Shown here: positions 17,535 to 23,735 of the stretch, piece after piece
Layout of the letters: every line of letters begins with the position of its first letter
How positions within the stretch are numbered: position 1 is the stretch's first letter
Source of the DNA: a virus
DNA length: 43,736 bases
IMG/VR virus record: IMGVR_UViG_3300043178_000054
Location: 1 to 43,736 of that record
Strand: one strand, 5' to 3'
The notes under the pieces: generated by a model
Database searches by the model: none
Told to the model about the DNA's origin: nothing
Seen by the model: only the letters and a program-made list of their open reading frames with translations
Translations under genes and position numbers: made by a program

Positions 17535-19124
17535 CTAGCTCGCAAAGTCTGCGCTCCCGCCAATCTCTTCAAGCAGCTCTGGGATGGCATCCTCATCCTT
17601 CGCCATCTCCAGGTTGTTGTAGGATGCTACAGGGTCAAGCAGCTGAATAGCCCCTGCGAGTGCATCGGGCCAATCATCATGTTGATCCCTGTCGGGGTCG
17701 TAGTCAAGGAGCTGTGTTTCCAGCTCCGGAAGAGACTCTTCGAAGATGATGTAGTGGGACGCAAAACGCGCCTGGAGCACCCCGCGAATCCGTTCGGACT
17801 TCCTCCGCGCGTTGTGAACTGGCGTTACCTCGAAGTAGGTCCGCCGGGCGAACATCTGCTTCCGGATCTCGTGAACCAGGGCCGCCTGAAAGGCGTTAGA
17901 CTCCACCCCGTTGAAACGGCTTTTGAAGAGGTTGTGCTGCCGAAAGTATTCATCCAGCATCTCATCCACGGTGGCACCACGCTTCCCCCAGCCAGCCGAA
18001 ACGTAGATCCATCCCTTGTTATTCTGCCGCACCGTCACGATGACGCACTGATCTGCCGTCTGGTTCTTGGAGATCGCAGGGTCCATGTAGGTGCTGGTGG
18101 CAACAATGACCTCCTCCGGGGCGGGACGCCCGTAGCGGAAGTTTGACTGCCGGAAGCCGCTCGTCTCCTCCGCCCGCGCCTCGTTGTAGTACTCCAGATA
18201 GAAGGTGGGAAGCTCACCTACCCGAGCGTAAGAGCGCTTGAGCTGCGCTTCCTTCTTCTCGTCAATGGCCTGCGGCCACAGATAGGAGCCGTCTCTGGCT
18301 CGGATGGTGAGCTTGACCACACTCCACTGCTCGTCGTCCTGGAGCCGCCGAAGGAGTGCATCCGGATGGAGCAACGTCCCCAGCGCCACAATCTGCCCAT
18401 CTCCAATCGTCTGCAACGCCGGCATGAGATCACCGTAGAACCACTGCCGGGTTTTCCGCCTTTGGAGCTCCGTCTTGACGGACTCTCGATCCTCCACATC
18501 ATCTACGATGATCTTCTGTGGGCGAACGCCCCGGTGATTGAGGCCGCGGATTTGGGAACCGCTGCCACGGGCGTAGAGCGCAATCCCCCGCGTGGTCTCA
18601 AACACCTTAGCGTTCCACTTCTCCGCGTCGCGAATCTCCGGCTTCAGGTCGCCAAAGATTTGGATGAACTTGGGATTCTCCGAGAGCTCCCGCTTCACGT
18701 TGTCCAGCTGCATCTCCGCCTGCGAGGAGGTCTCCGAGACGTAGACGCCCACCTTGAAGTTTTCGTACACAATGTCGTAGAGCGTCATCGCGATGCCAGC
18801 GATGGTCGTCTTGGAGAACGACCGGGGCATCATGATCTGGAGATACTTGCGCCAGTAGAGCTCTACCACCCCGTCGGGGCCGAGCCCAAAGAGAGGCTTT
18901 GGGCCTTGTGGGGTCTCGTACACAAAGTTGGAGATGATCTTGTCGAGCTCTCCGTATTTGTGCAAGAACGCCGTCCGGCCGGTCAGAACGCTGAGGAGCG
19001 CTCGATGGAACCAGGGAATCGGAGAAGGGAAGAGGTGGGAGAGGAACTCCCGGCAGAAGAGCACCGGGTCGCGGTAGCAAGCTGCCGCAAACTCTCGAGC
19101 CTCTTCCGCGGTAAGATCCCTCAC
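17535..19124 (-). CDS. terL: Terminase large subunit (about 529 aa)
   Basis: Terminase-like ATPase blocks (PRSFSKTTIAG; Walker-B-like KIIVDDVED) and a C-terminal nuclease-like half. Proposed start is GTG 19124, overlapping the upstream stop (GTGA) with GAGGA 10 nt upstream. The track start at 19346 adds 74 Arg/Gly-rich codons that overlap the upstream gene. Confidence 0.85.
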   Translation of the reverse strand: MRDLTAEEAREFAAACYRDPVLFCREFLSHLFPSPIPWFHRALLSVLTGRTAFLHKYGELDKIISNFVYETPQGPKPLFGLGPDGVVELYWRKYLQIMMPRSFSKTTIAGIAMTLYDIVYENFKVGVYVSETSSQAEMQLDNVKRELSENPKFIQIFGDLKPEIRDAEKWNAKVFETTRGIALYARGSGSQIRGLNHRGVRPQKIIVDDVEDRESVKTELQRRKTRQWFYGDLMPALQTIGDGQIVALGTLLHPDALLRRLQDDEQWSVVKLTIRARDGSYLWPQAIDEKKEAQLKRSYARVGELPTFYLEYYNEARAEETSGFRQSNFRYGRPAPEEVIVATSTYMDPAISKNQTADQCVIVTVRQNNKGWIYVSAGWGKRGATVDEMLDEYFRQHNLFKSRFNGVESNAFQAALVHEIRKQMFARRTYFEVTPVHNARRKSERIRGVLQARFASHYIIFEESLPELETQLLDYDPDRDQHDDWPDALAGAIQLLDPVASYNNLEMAKDEDAIPELLEEIGGSADFAS

Positions 19125-19543
19125 GCCCCGAAGATCCTCGCGGTAAGACTCTCCCGCGGGCCACCCAACCGCGCGCGGAGCGCTGCGATGGTGGGCAGCG
19201 CCATGTTGACTGGGGAGGCGCCCGTTGGAGCCCCGCGCACCGGCACCGCGCCACCCGACCCACCCGAAGCCCGCATCCCTTCCGCCAGCTTCCCAGCCAG
19301 CCGCACCCCTGGCGCTCCGGGGGCGCCGAACATCCGCTCCATCCACAGCTTCAACCGCTCCGTCGGCGTCAGCGACGGGAAGTCCTGTGGCCCCTGTGGC
19401 ATCGGCCGCCAGGGTGTCGGCGTGATCGGAGGGACCGGCCGCGGCGGGAAGTTCCGCATCATCGTCCGCGGGTCTGGTACTACCACCGTCGGAGGGACCA
19501 GCGGGCCGAGCCCTTCCGGGTCGATCGTTCGAGGCGTTGCCAT
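19121..19543 (-). CDS. Pro-rich hypothetical protein (140 aa) in the position usually held by the small terminase
   Basis: AGGAG RBS 7 nt upstream of ATG 19543. High third-position GC. No recognisable DNA-binding motif. Confidence 0.6.
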   Translation of the reverse strand: MATPRTIDPEGLGPLVPPTVVVPDPRTMMRNFPPRPVPPITPTPWRPMPQGPQDFPSLTPTERLKLWMERMFGAPGAPGVRLAGKLAEGMRASGGSGGAVPVRGAPTGASPVNMALPTIAALRARLGGPRESLTARIFGA

Positions 19544-19552
19544 GAGGATCTC

Positions 19553-20037
19553 CTACTCTGGTTGCACCCCAAAGACTTGCTGCTCCACCGTCGGAGCCGT
19601 CTGAAGGGACGCCCCCGCCACAATGAGCGGGGTAAGCATGGGGACCAGCTCGATCGGGAAGCGGCGATCCTTCTGCCCGATCGAGCGGAGGAACTCGTAG
19701 ACAGCCGGGGCGCGTCGCTGCAGATCACGGACTCGACCGCGCCCTTGCTGGTGGCGGTCACGGAGCGTGCCCCGCGGATCCGCGCCAGGGCATCCTTCGC
19801 CTCTTCGGCCCTGGAGATCGTGGTCTGGATCGCCGCCTTGACCCCGCTGGTGAATCCGGTGGCCGCTCCATTCGCCCACTCGCGCAGCGTCCTGCCGACG
19901 ACGGCCCGCTTGGCGGCGCCCGCTGTCGGCCTGACGAGCTTCTTGCGAATGCCGAGTAGGAGCAGTGCGGCCGCGATCTCGCGCGCTGCGATCTCCTCCT
20001 CCAACTGAGCTACCTGAGCGAGACCCGGCTCCGCCAT
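19553..20037 (-). CDS. Hypothetical protein with an interrupted reading frame (-1 shift needed near 19705-19745)
   Basis: From ATG 20037 (MAEPGLAQVAQLEEEIAAREIAAALLLLG ... SKGAVESV) the sequence looks coding. It then degrades to a Ser/Arg/Trp/Cys-rich shadow. The -1 frame becomes coding-like (APAVYEFLRSIGQKDRRFPIELVPMLTPLIVAG...QPE, stop at 19553) but has no nearby start codon. Confidence 0.45.
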
Positions 20038-20041
20038 CACC

Positions 20042-20383
20042 CTAACAGCTCTCATAGCGCCCGGCGCGGATGAATCCGTGCCAGTGTCCATGGCAGTGGA
20101 CGCTCGGCGTGAGCGTCGGCTTCTCGCGATTGCCATCGAACTCCCAGGCGGTGTCCGGCGTCTTGCGCGGCCTCGCCGGCTTCAGCGGGAGGATCGCGAG
20201 GTCGCTGCCGCCATCGACGTTCATCGGCAGCCGGACGACGAGCGTCTCGTAGATGTACGGCGTCCCGTCGTCGAGGTCTCCGTCGTGGACCTTGCTGAAG
20301 AAGAAGGCGCCCGGGCCGCTGGTCCAGATGGCGTCCCAGCCATCGACTCTGAACATGTTGCCGCTCGCTCGAAGCTCTGTCAT
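20042..20383 (-). CDS. Conserved hypothetical protein (113 aa), C-terminal motif reminiscent of DUF6527
   Basis: WEFDGNREKPTLTPSVHCHGHWHGFIRAG resembles, from memory, the W-x-F-D/N-G ... PS-I/V ... H-x-F/W-I/V-R-x-G pattern. ATGA overlap with the upstream gene. Confidence 0.45.
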   Translation of the reverse strand: MTELRASGNMFRVDGWDAIWTSGPGAFFFSKVHDGDLDDGTPYIYETLVVRLPMNVDGGSDLAILPLKPARPRKTPDTAWEFDGNREKPTLTPSVHCHGHWHGFIRAGRYESC

Positions 20384-20754
20384 GTTGGGCCGTGGTGGGA
20401 GGTGAACGTGGAGACGCTACGCGCCTCCGCCTTCTTCGCCGGGGTCGCCCTTCTCTGGATCGTCGTCCTCGTCGTCGTTGGGATCGGAACCAGCCCGGCG
20501 GCTGCCCTAAGCTCCCCCGGCCCCGGAGCCAGCACGTCCCCCAGGAACTGTCCGAAGACCCCAAGTCCAGCATCCGCCGCCGCAGCGTCCTTCAGGTTGT
20601 CCAACGTCTCCGTCCCCGGCAGCAACGGGTCCCGGTTCCTCGTTGTCGCAGGGGCGACGCTCCGCACAAGGTCGTAGACATCCTGCAGCAGGCGAGCTCC
20701 ACTCAGCAAGATATACCGGAGGAAGTCTAACGGAATCTGCGGCTCATTGGGCAT
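20380..20754 (-). CDS. Hypothetical protein (124 aa)
   Basis: ATG 20754 (MPNEPQIPLDFLRYILL) overlaps the upstream stop (TGATG). ATGA overlap downstream. Confidence 0.5.
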   Translation of the reverse strand: MPNEPQIPLDFLRYILLSGARLLQDVYDLVRSVAPATTRNRDPLLPGTETLDNLKDAAAADAGLGVFGQFLGDVLAPGPGELRAAAGLVPIPTTTRTTIQRRATPAKKAEARSVSTFTSHHGPT

Positions 20755-21206
20755 CAGGGCATCCAGTGTAGGAGGTGTCGTCCCTCGGACAGCTGACCGA
20801 CGGCTGCCAGGTCTCCATCCAGTGTGGGCTCCATCCACTTCGGATGCTTCACCGCCAGCACGAGGACGGTGGGCTTTCCCCAGAGGAACTCCGCCAACGG
20901 CTGGTAGAGGGACTCCAACTGCATCCAGCCGGTCGTCCGATACCCCAGCTTTGCCTCAATGAGGATCGTCCTCTCCGGCTGGAGGAGCACCACATCCGGC
21001 GAGGCGTGCCGGCGCTCCACGGCGTCGTAGAACTCAATCCAGGGCTCCGCCAGCAGGTGTGGGTACTCCACCCGGAGCGCTTCAGTCAGCTGATGCTGGT
21101 AGCGCATCCCCTTCCGTTGCGCTGGTGTCAATCGTTCTCTCCTCCTCGCCCACGGATTCTGGCACAAACGGGCGTAGCGGATCGGCAGCTTGGGCAGGTA
21201 AAGCAC
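20754..21206 (-). CDS. PD-(D/E)xK-type nuclease candidate (about 150 aa)
   Basis: ASPDVVLLQPERTILIEAKLG fits a D...E-x-K core. Proposed GTG 21206 has GGAGGG 5 nt upstream. The track TTG at 21281 is also possible. Confidence 0.55.
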   Translation of the reverse strand: MLYLPKLPIRYARLCQNPWARRRERLTPAQRKGMRYQHQLTEALRVEYPHLLAEPWIEFYDAVERRHASPDVVLLQPERTILIEAKLGYRTTGWMQLESLYQPLAEFLWGKPTVLVLAVKHPKWMEPTLDGDLAAVGQLSEGRHLLHWMP

Positions 21207-21660
21207 GTGGTCCCTCCAGTCGAATGACGCGATCCGCCTCCCGCAGGCGCTCCAAATCCCCCGAGGAGAAGAGCCCAACAAAAGTCACCTTCGGGCCGAC
21301 GGTTGTCCGGTCGAGGAGGCCCATCGTAAGGTCCGCCAGGGTCTTCGTGCCGACTTCCTGCGGTTGCGTCTCCAGCCGCTTCTGAAGCTCCGCAAGCCCC
21401 GCCAGCGCCAGGAGCTTCGCCCGCTTCTGCAGCCCCCGGTCCTCAACCGCATCCTCCACCCGATACTCCGCCACCAGGTCCTTCATCGCCCGGGAGTGGA
21501 GAATCATCTCCACCGTATCGGCGTCGAGCGCCATGACCTCCCCAATCTCCCGAGGCTCCAACCCGGCGGCCGCCATCCTCGCAATCCGATGGTGCCGGAC
21601 ACGGAGCGTCCCTCCCGCCGGCCCCGCAACACGCAGGGCGGCAAGGTCCTGCTCTTCCAT
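21082..21660 (-). CDS. HTH DNA-binding protein (192 aa), first gene of the late operon; regulator or small-terminase candidate
   Basis: ATG 21660 (MEEQDLAAL). RHHRIARMAAAGLEPREIGEVMALDADTVEMILHS looks like a LuxR/sigma-70-region-4-type HTH. The upstream 95 codons of the track ORF run through the repeat/promoter region and are rejected. Confidence 0.55.
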   Translation of the reverse strand: MEEQDLAALRVAGPAGGTLRVRHHRIARMAAAGLEPREIGEVMALDADTVEMILHSRAMKDLVAEYRVEDAVEDRGLQKRAKLLALAGLAELQKRLETQPQEVGTKTLADLTMGLLDRTTVGPKVTFVGLFSSGDLERLREADRVIRLEGPRALPAQAADPLRPFVPESVGEEERTIDTSATEGDALPASAD

Positions 21661-21740
21661 CGGGGCGTAGGCTCCGATGAGGGAAGCGACTCTTTGAAGC
21701 GAGACCACGTTCAAGGCGACGGCTCCAGGAGGACAATGAC

Positions 21741-21768
21741 ACAATACAGGACCTGAGGGGGTTGTCAA
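21741..21768 (-). promoter_or_regulatory. Sigma-70-like promoter candidate for the late operon: TTGACA-16 nt-TATTGT
   Basis: Minus strand cTTGACAaccccctcaggtcctgTATTGTg. About 75 nt upstream of ATG 21660 and immediately downstream of the tandem repeats. Confidence 0.5.
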
Positions 21769-21775
21769 GTTGCTG

Positions 21776-21854
21776 GGGGGAATGGGGATGGAGGCTGGGG
21801 GATGGAGGTTGGGGGAATCGGGATGGAGGCTAGGGGGAATCGGGATGGAGGCTA
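21776..21854. repeat. G-rich tandem direct repeats: GGGGGAATCGGGATGGAGGCTA x2 perfect (21811-21832, 21833-21854), plus a 21-nt variant (21776-21796) and a 14-nt partial (21797-21810)
   Basis: Read directly from the sequence. Intergenic. Abuts the -35 element of the late promoter candidate. Confidence 0.9.
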
Positions 21855-21887
21855 GAAATATTTTTGGGTCAGTACCCAACCCCCAAC

Positions 21888-21914
21888 GGGGGGTGGGGAG
21901 GGGGGTGTGGGGGG
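21888..21914 (+). other. Canonical G-quadruplex-forming motif G6-T-G4-A-G6-TGT-G6
   Basis: ggggggtggggaggggggtgtgggggg, read directly. Intergenic, on the template strand for minus-sense transcription. Confidence 0.6.
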
Positions 21915-21955
21915 CCGAGGCCGACCGAACCCCAGACCGATCCATTCGATATTGG

Positions 21956-21983
21956 CCCCTAACAACCCCCAGCCCCTAACAAC
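21956..21983 (-). promoter_or_regulatory. Conserved motif, copy A: minus strand GTTGTTAGGGG-CTGGGG-GTTGTTAGGGG
   Basis: A 23-nt core (21961-21983) is identical to 22908-22930. Both copies are intergenic, on the same strand, and upstream of minus-strand genes. Confidence 0.7.
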
Positions 21984-22000
21984 TTATTAGGTTTTCGGGC

Positions 22001-22035
22001 AAAAAAGAAGCCCTCACCCAAAAGCGGTGAGGGCT
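22001..22035 (-). terminator. Rho-independent terminator after the 51-aa gene
   Basis: 10-bp stem agccctcacc/ggtgagggct with a 7-nt loop, followed on the minus strand by UCUUUUUU. Lies 6 nt after the stop at 22042. Confidence 0.8.
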
Positions 22036-22041
22036 CTTCCG

Positions 22042-22197
22042 TTACGGCTTGTTCGGTTCCTGAGCCTCCGCGGCCTTCACGGCCTCCGCTTCCGTTGCCG
22101 CCGTTGCCGCGACGTCGTACCCGTGCGGGCCAGTGGTGACGTACCACAGTCCATCATCGGGGTTGTACGAGATGAAGTACCCGTTTGCCTCATCCAT
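22042..22197 (-). CDS. Small hypothetical protein (51 aa)
   Basis: AAGGAGG RBS 8 nt upstream of ATG 22197 (MDEANGYFISYNPDDGLWYVTTG). Flanked by terminators. Confidence 0.55.
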   Translation of the reverse strand: MDEANGYFISYNPDDGLWYVTTGPHGYDVAATAATEAEAVKAAEAQEPNKP

Positions 22198-22280
22198 GGA
22201 TGTCGCCTCCTTTGCGACCGCAACAACATACCGCACGAAAAACGCTATGCAACCCCCCCTATTAGGGCGCCGTAGTAGAA

Positions 22281-22309
22281 AGCCCCGGGCGGAACATCCG
22301 CCCGGGGCT
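22281..22309 (-). terminator. Terminator-like hairpin after the 152-aa gene
   Basis: Perfect 12-bp stem agccccgggcgg/ccgcccggggct with a 5-nt loop, 18 nt after the stop at 22328. Weak U-tract (UUCUAC). Confidence 0.6.
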
Positions 22310-22327
22310 CGGAGGCCGAAGGCCGAC

Positions 22328-22786
22328 CTACAAACCGCTGGTGTCGATAACGGTTGCGACCATCCGGGCGAGGGTTGCGACTTGCCGCGAGTCGAAGTGC
22401 TTCGCGGCGAACGCCTTGATCGCCGCCGTACCAGCCGACACCTTCGGCACGTCCTCCCTCGTGTACTTCGTGCGCGCCTTCACCATGACGGCTGCCCGCA
22501 GGAGGAAGTCGACCCACGCGGATCCCTCGGGGTTGCGCGGGCCGCGCGCCGCGCCACCCGGCTCGGGAACGTCATCCGACAGGATCCGCGCGACCATGGC
22601 GTCGGCGACCCGGATCCGCGCGGCGAGCGCCTTCTCCGCGCTCCCGTGCTTCGCCTCCGTCTCGTCCGCATACGCATCCCTGACAAGCTCTCGTAGACCG
22701 CGCGTGATCCCGTACACTTGGGCCCTCGGGAGCTTCGCCACGTCCATGGAGTACTTCTTTCCGTTGAGCTCGAACGCGATTTCCAT
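22328..22786 (-). CDS. Hypothetical early protein (152 aa)
   Basis: AAGGAAA RBS and ATG 22786 (MEIAFELNGKKYSMDVAKLP). The track ORF's 117 upstream codons cross the regulatory region and are rejected. Confidence 0.6.
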   Translation of the reverse strand: MEIAFELNGKKYSMDVAKLPRAQVYGITRGLRELVRDAYADETEAKHGSAEKALAARIRVADAMVARILSDDVPEPGGAARGPRNPEGSAWVDFLLRAAVMVKARTKYTREDVPKVSAGTAAIKAFAAKHFDSRQVATLARMVATVIDTSGL

Positions 22787-22809
22787 TTCGGTTTCCTTTC
22801 GGTGTGTTT

Positions 22810-22830
22810 CATCGGGCACTTTGCCCGATG
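22810..22830. promoter_or_regulatory. Perfect palindrome CATCGGGCA-CTT-TGCCCGATG in the leader of the 152-aa gene (operator or leader hairpin)
   Basis: 9-bp arms read directly. Nested inside an outer pairing gtgtgtt (22802-08) / aacacac (22842-48). Confidence 0.6.
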
Positions 22831-22907
22831 AGCGGGACGGTAACACACGCCCACCCGGGCGCAACCCCCCGCCGCGCCGGAGAAGGCGAACGTGTTCGCA
22901 AGCTCCC

Positions 22908-22930
22908 AACAACCCCCAGCCCCTAACAAC
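22908..22930 (-). promoter_or_regulatory. Conserved motif, copy B (identical 23-mer to 21961-21983)
   Basis: aacaacccccagcccctaacaac is present at both loci. Confidence 0.7.
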
Positions 22931-22985
22931 CGCCCGGCGCCCTGGCGACAGCCTCGGACCGAGGGGCGGGCGCGGGGCAGTGTTG

Positions 22986-23016
22986 TGCCCCAAGGCCCGG
23001 AATGGACCTTGGGGCA
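22986..23016 (-). promoter_or_regulatory. Conserved hairpin family, copy 2 (minus orientation), in the leader of the leftward early transcript
   Basis: tgccccaagg-cccggaatgga-ccttggggca. Its reverse complement, including the flanks gtgtta...caac, closely matches copy 3 at 27945-27975. Confidence 0.6.
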
Positions 23017-23043
23017 TAACACTGGAGGAAGGGTCAGTGGGTA

Positions 23044-23071
23044 GGTATAACTGGTAGACCGGGTGGGTCAG
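23044..23071 (-). promoter_or_regulatory. Leftward early promoter candidate: CTGACC-16 nt-TATACC
   Basis: Shares the 12-mer TGACCCACCCGG (as an inverted repeat) with the rightward promoter candidate. Weak -10 element. Confidence 0.35.
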
Positions 23072-23148
23072 TCGCCTCAAAAGGGGGGGCCAAGGACGGG
23101 AACCGGGGGCCGGGGCCCAACCCTGGCCCACACCCACCTCAAAAGCCT

Positions 23149-23184
23149 AAGAGAGTATATAAAAAAAATATTACTAAATAATAG
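23149..23184. promoter_or_regulatory. AT-rich island (aagagagtatataaaaaaaatattactaaataatag) at the centre of the divergent control region
   Basis: The only long AT-rich stretch I noticed in this GC-rich genome. Flanked by G7 (23083-23089) and C12 (23253-23264) runs. Confidence 0.7.
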
Positions 23185-23273
23185 GGCCCAAGTGCGCCCG
23201 GGCCCGAGCCTCCCCCCGAGCCCAGCCTTAGGCCCCTTCCCGCCCCCTCCACACCCCCCCCCCCAAAAGACGA

Positions 23274-23303
23274 TTGACCCACCCGGGCATCCCATCATAC
23301 CAT
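23274..23303 (+). promoter_or_regulatory. Rightward early promoter candidate: TTGACC-18 nt-TACCAT
   Basis: About 30 nt upstream of the AAGGAG RBS of gene 23331. The -10 element is weak. Confidence 0.35.
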
Positions 23304-23330
23304 CCCATCATACCCACCAAGGAGCCCCCA

Positions 23331-23735
23331 ATGCCCAGCAATCTCATCAACATCTACTGCGGCCGCCGATTCACAGCGGAGCAGGAGGACCTGCTGAAAC
23401 GCCGACTCAAGGCGCTCGGCCAGATGATGGGGACTAACAACGGGCTCACCCTCCTGCAGGTTCTCGAGCTGGATCCGGACTTCCTCGGCCAGCTTATCCA
23501 GATGCACGAGGAGGAGCGCCCGGGCGCCACGCGAGGGATGTGGGAAACGATCTTCCTCAACTTCCCAAAGCTCCGGCAAGCGATGGGGGAAGCGGTGGAG
23601 GAGGTGAAAGACACCCTCTTCCTCGCCAGAACGGCGGAACTCAGCCCAACCTTCATCCCAGACAGCCCGGAGACCATCCGGCAGCGACTCATCTCCAAGG
23701 GTATCATTCCGAAGGGGCTGGAGGAAGCGGAATGA
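23331..23735 (+). CDS. Hypothetical early protein (134 aa)
   Basis: AAGGAG RBS 7 nt upstream of ATG 23331 (MPSNLINIYCGRRF). Confidence 0.6.
   Translation: MPSNLINIYCGRRFTAEQEDLLKRRLKALGQMMGTNNGLTLLQVLELDPDFLGQLIQMHEEERPGATRGMWETIFLNFPKLRQAMGEAVEEVKDTLFLARTAELSPTFIPDSPETIRQRLISKGIIPKGLEEAE

Noticed and set aside
16101-18146. Very long antisense ORFs opposite structural and replication genes. Examples: 16101-18146, 12737-14356, 13986-15395, 1343-2689, 2863-4179 and 18366-19604 on plus; 34687-35655, 26464-27219 and 27942-28778 on minus.
   Set aside because: These are typical stop-poor shadow frames of GC-rich DNA. They are Arg/His/Pro/Gly-rich, lack RBSs, and lie opposite genes with clear motifs (portal, TerL, capsid, PolA, helicase).
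19125-19346. N-terminal extensions in the longest-ORF calls (TerL 19346, helicase 25633, 22328-23137, 21082-21945, 4151-4861, 4588-5043, 27260-27697, 30943-31701, 33937-34482)
   Set aside because: The extensions are Arg/Gly/Pro-rich, overlap better upstream genes or cross regulatory repeats, and each gene has an internal start with a good RBS or a 4-nt coupling overlap.
21776-21854. Possible CRISPR array
   Set aside because: The repeats are directly tandem with no spacers, only about four units long, and there are no cas genes apart from a stand-alone Cas4-like recombination nuclease.
21961-21983. T7-type single-subunit RNA polymerase promoter (23-nt conserved motif)
   Set aside because: No RNA polymerase gene is present, and only two copies exist. 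It is kept as a regulatory-motif finding instead.
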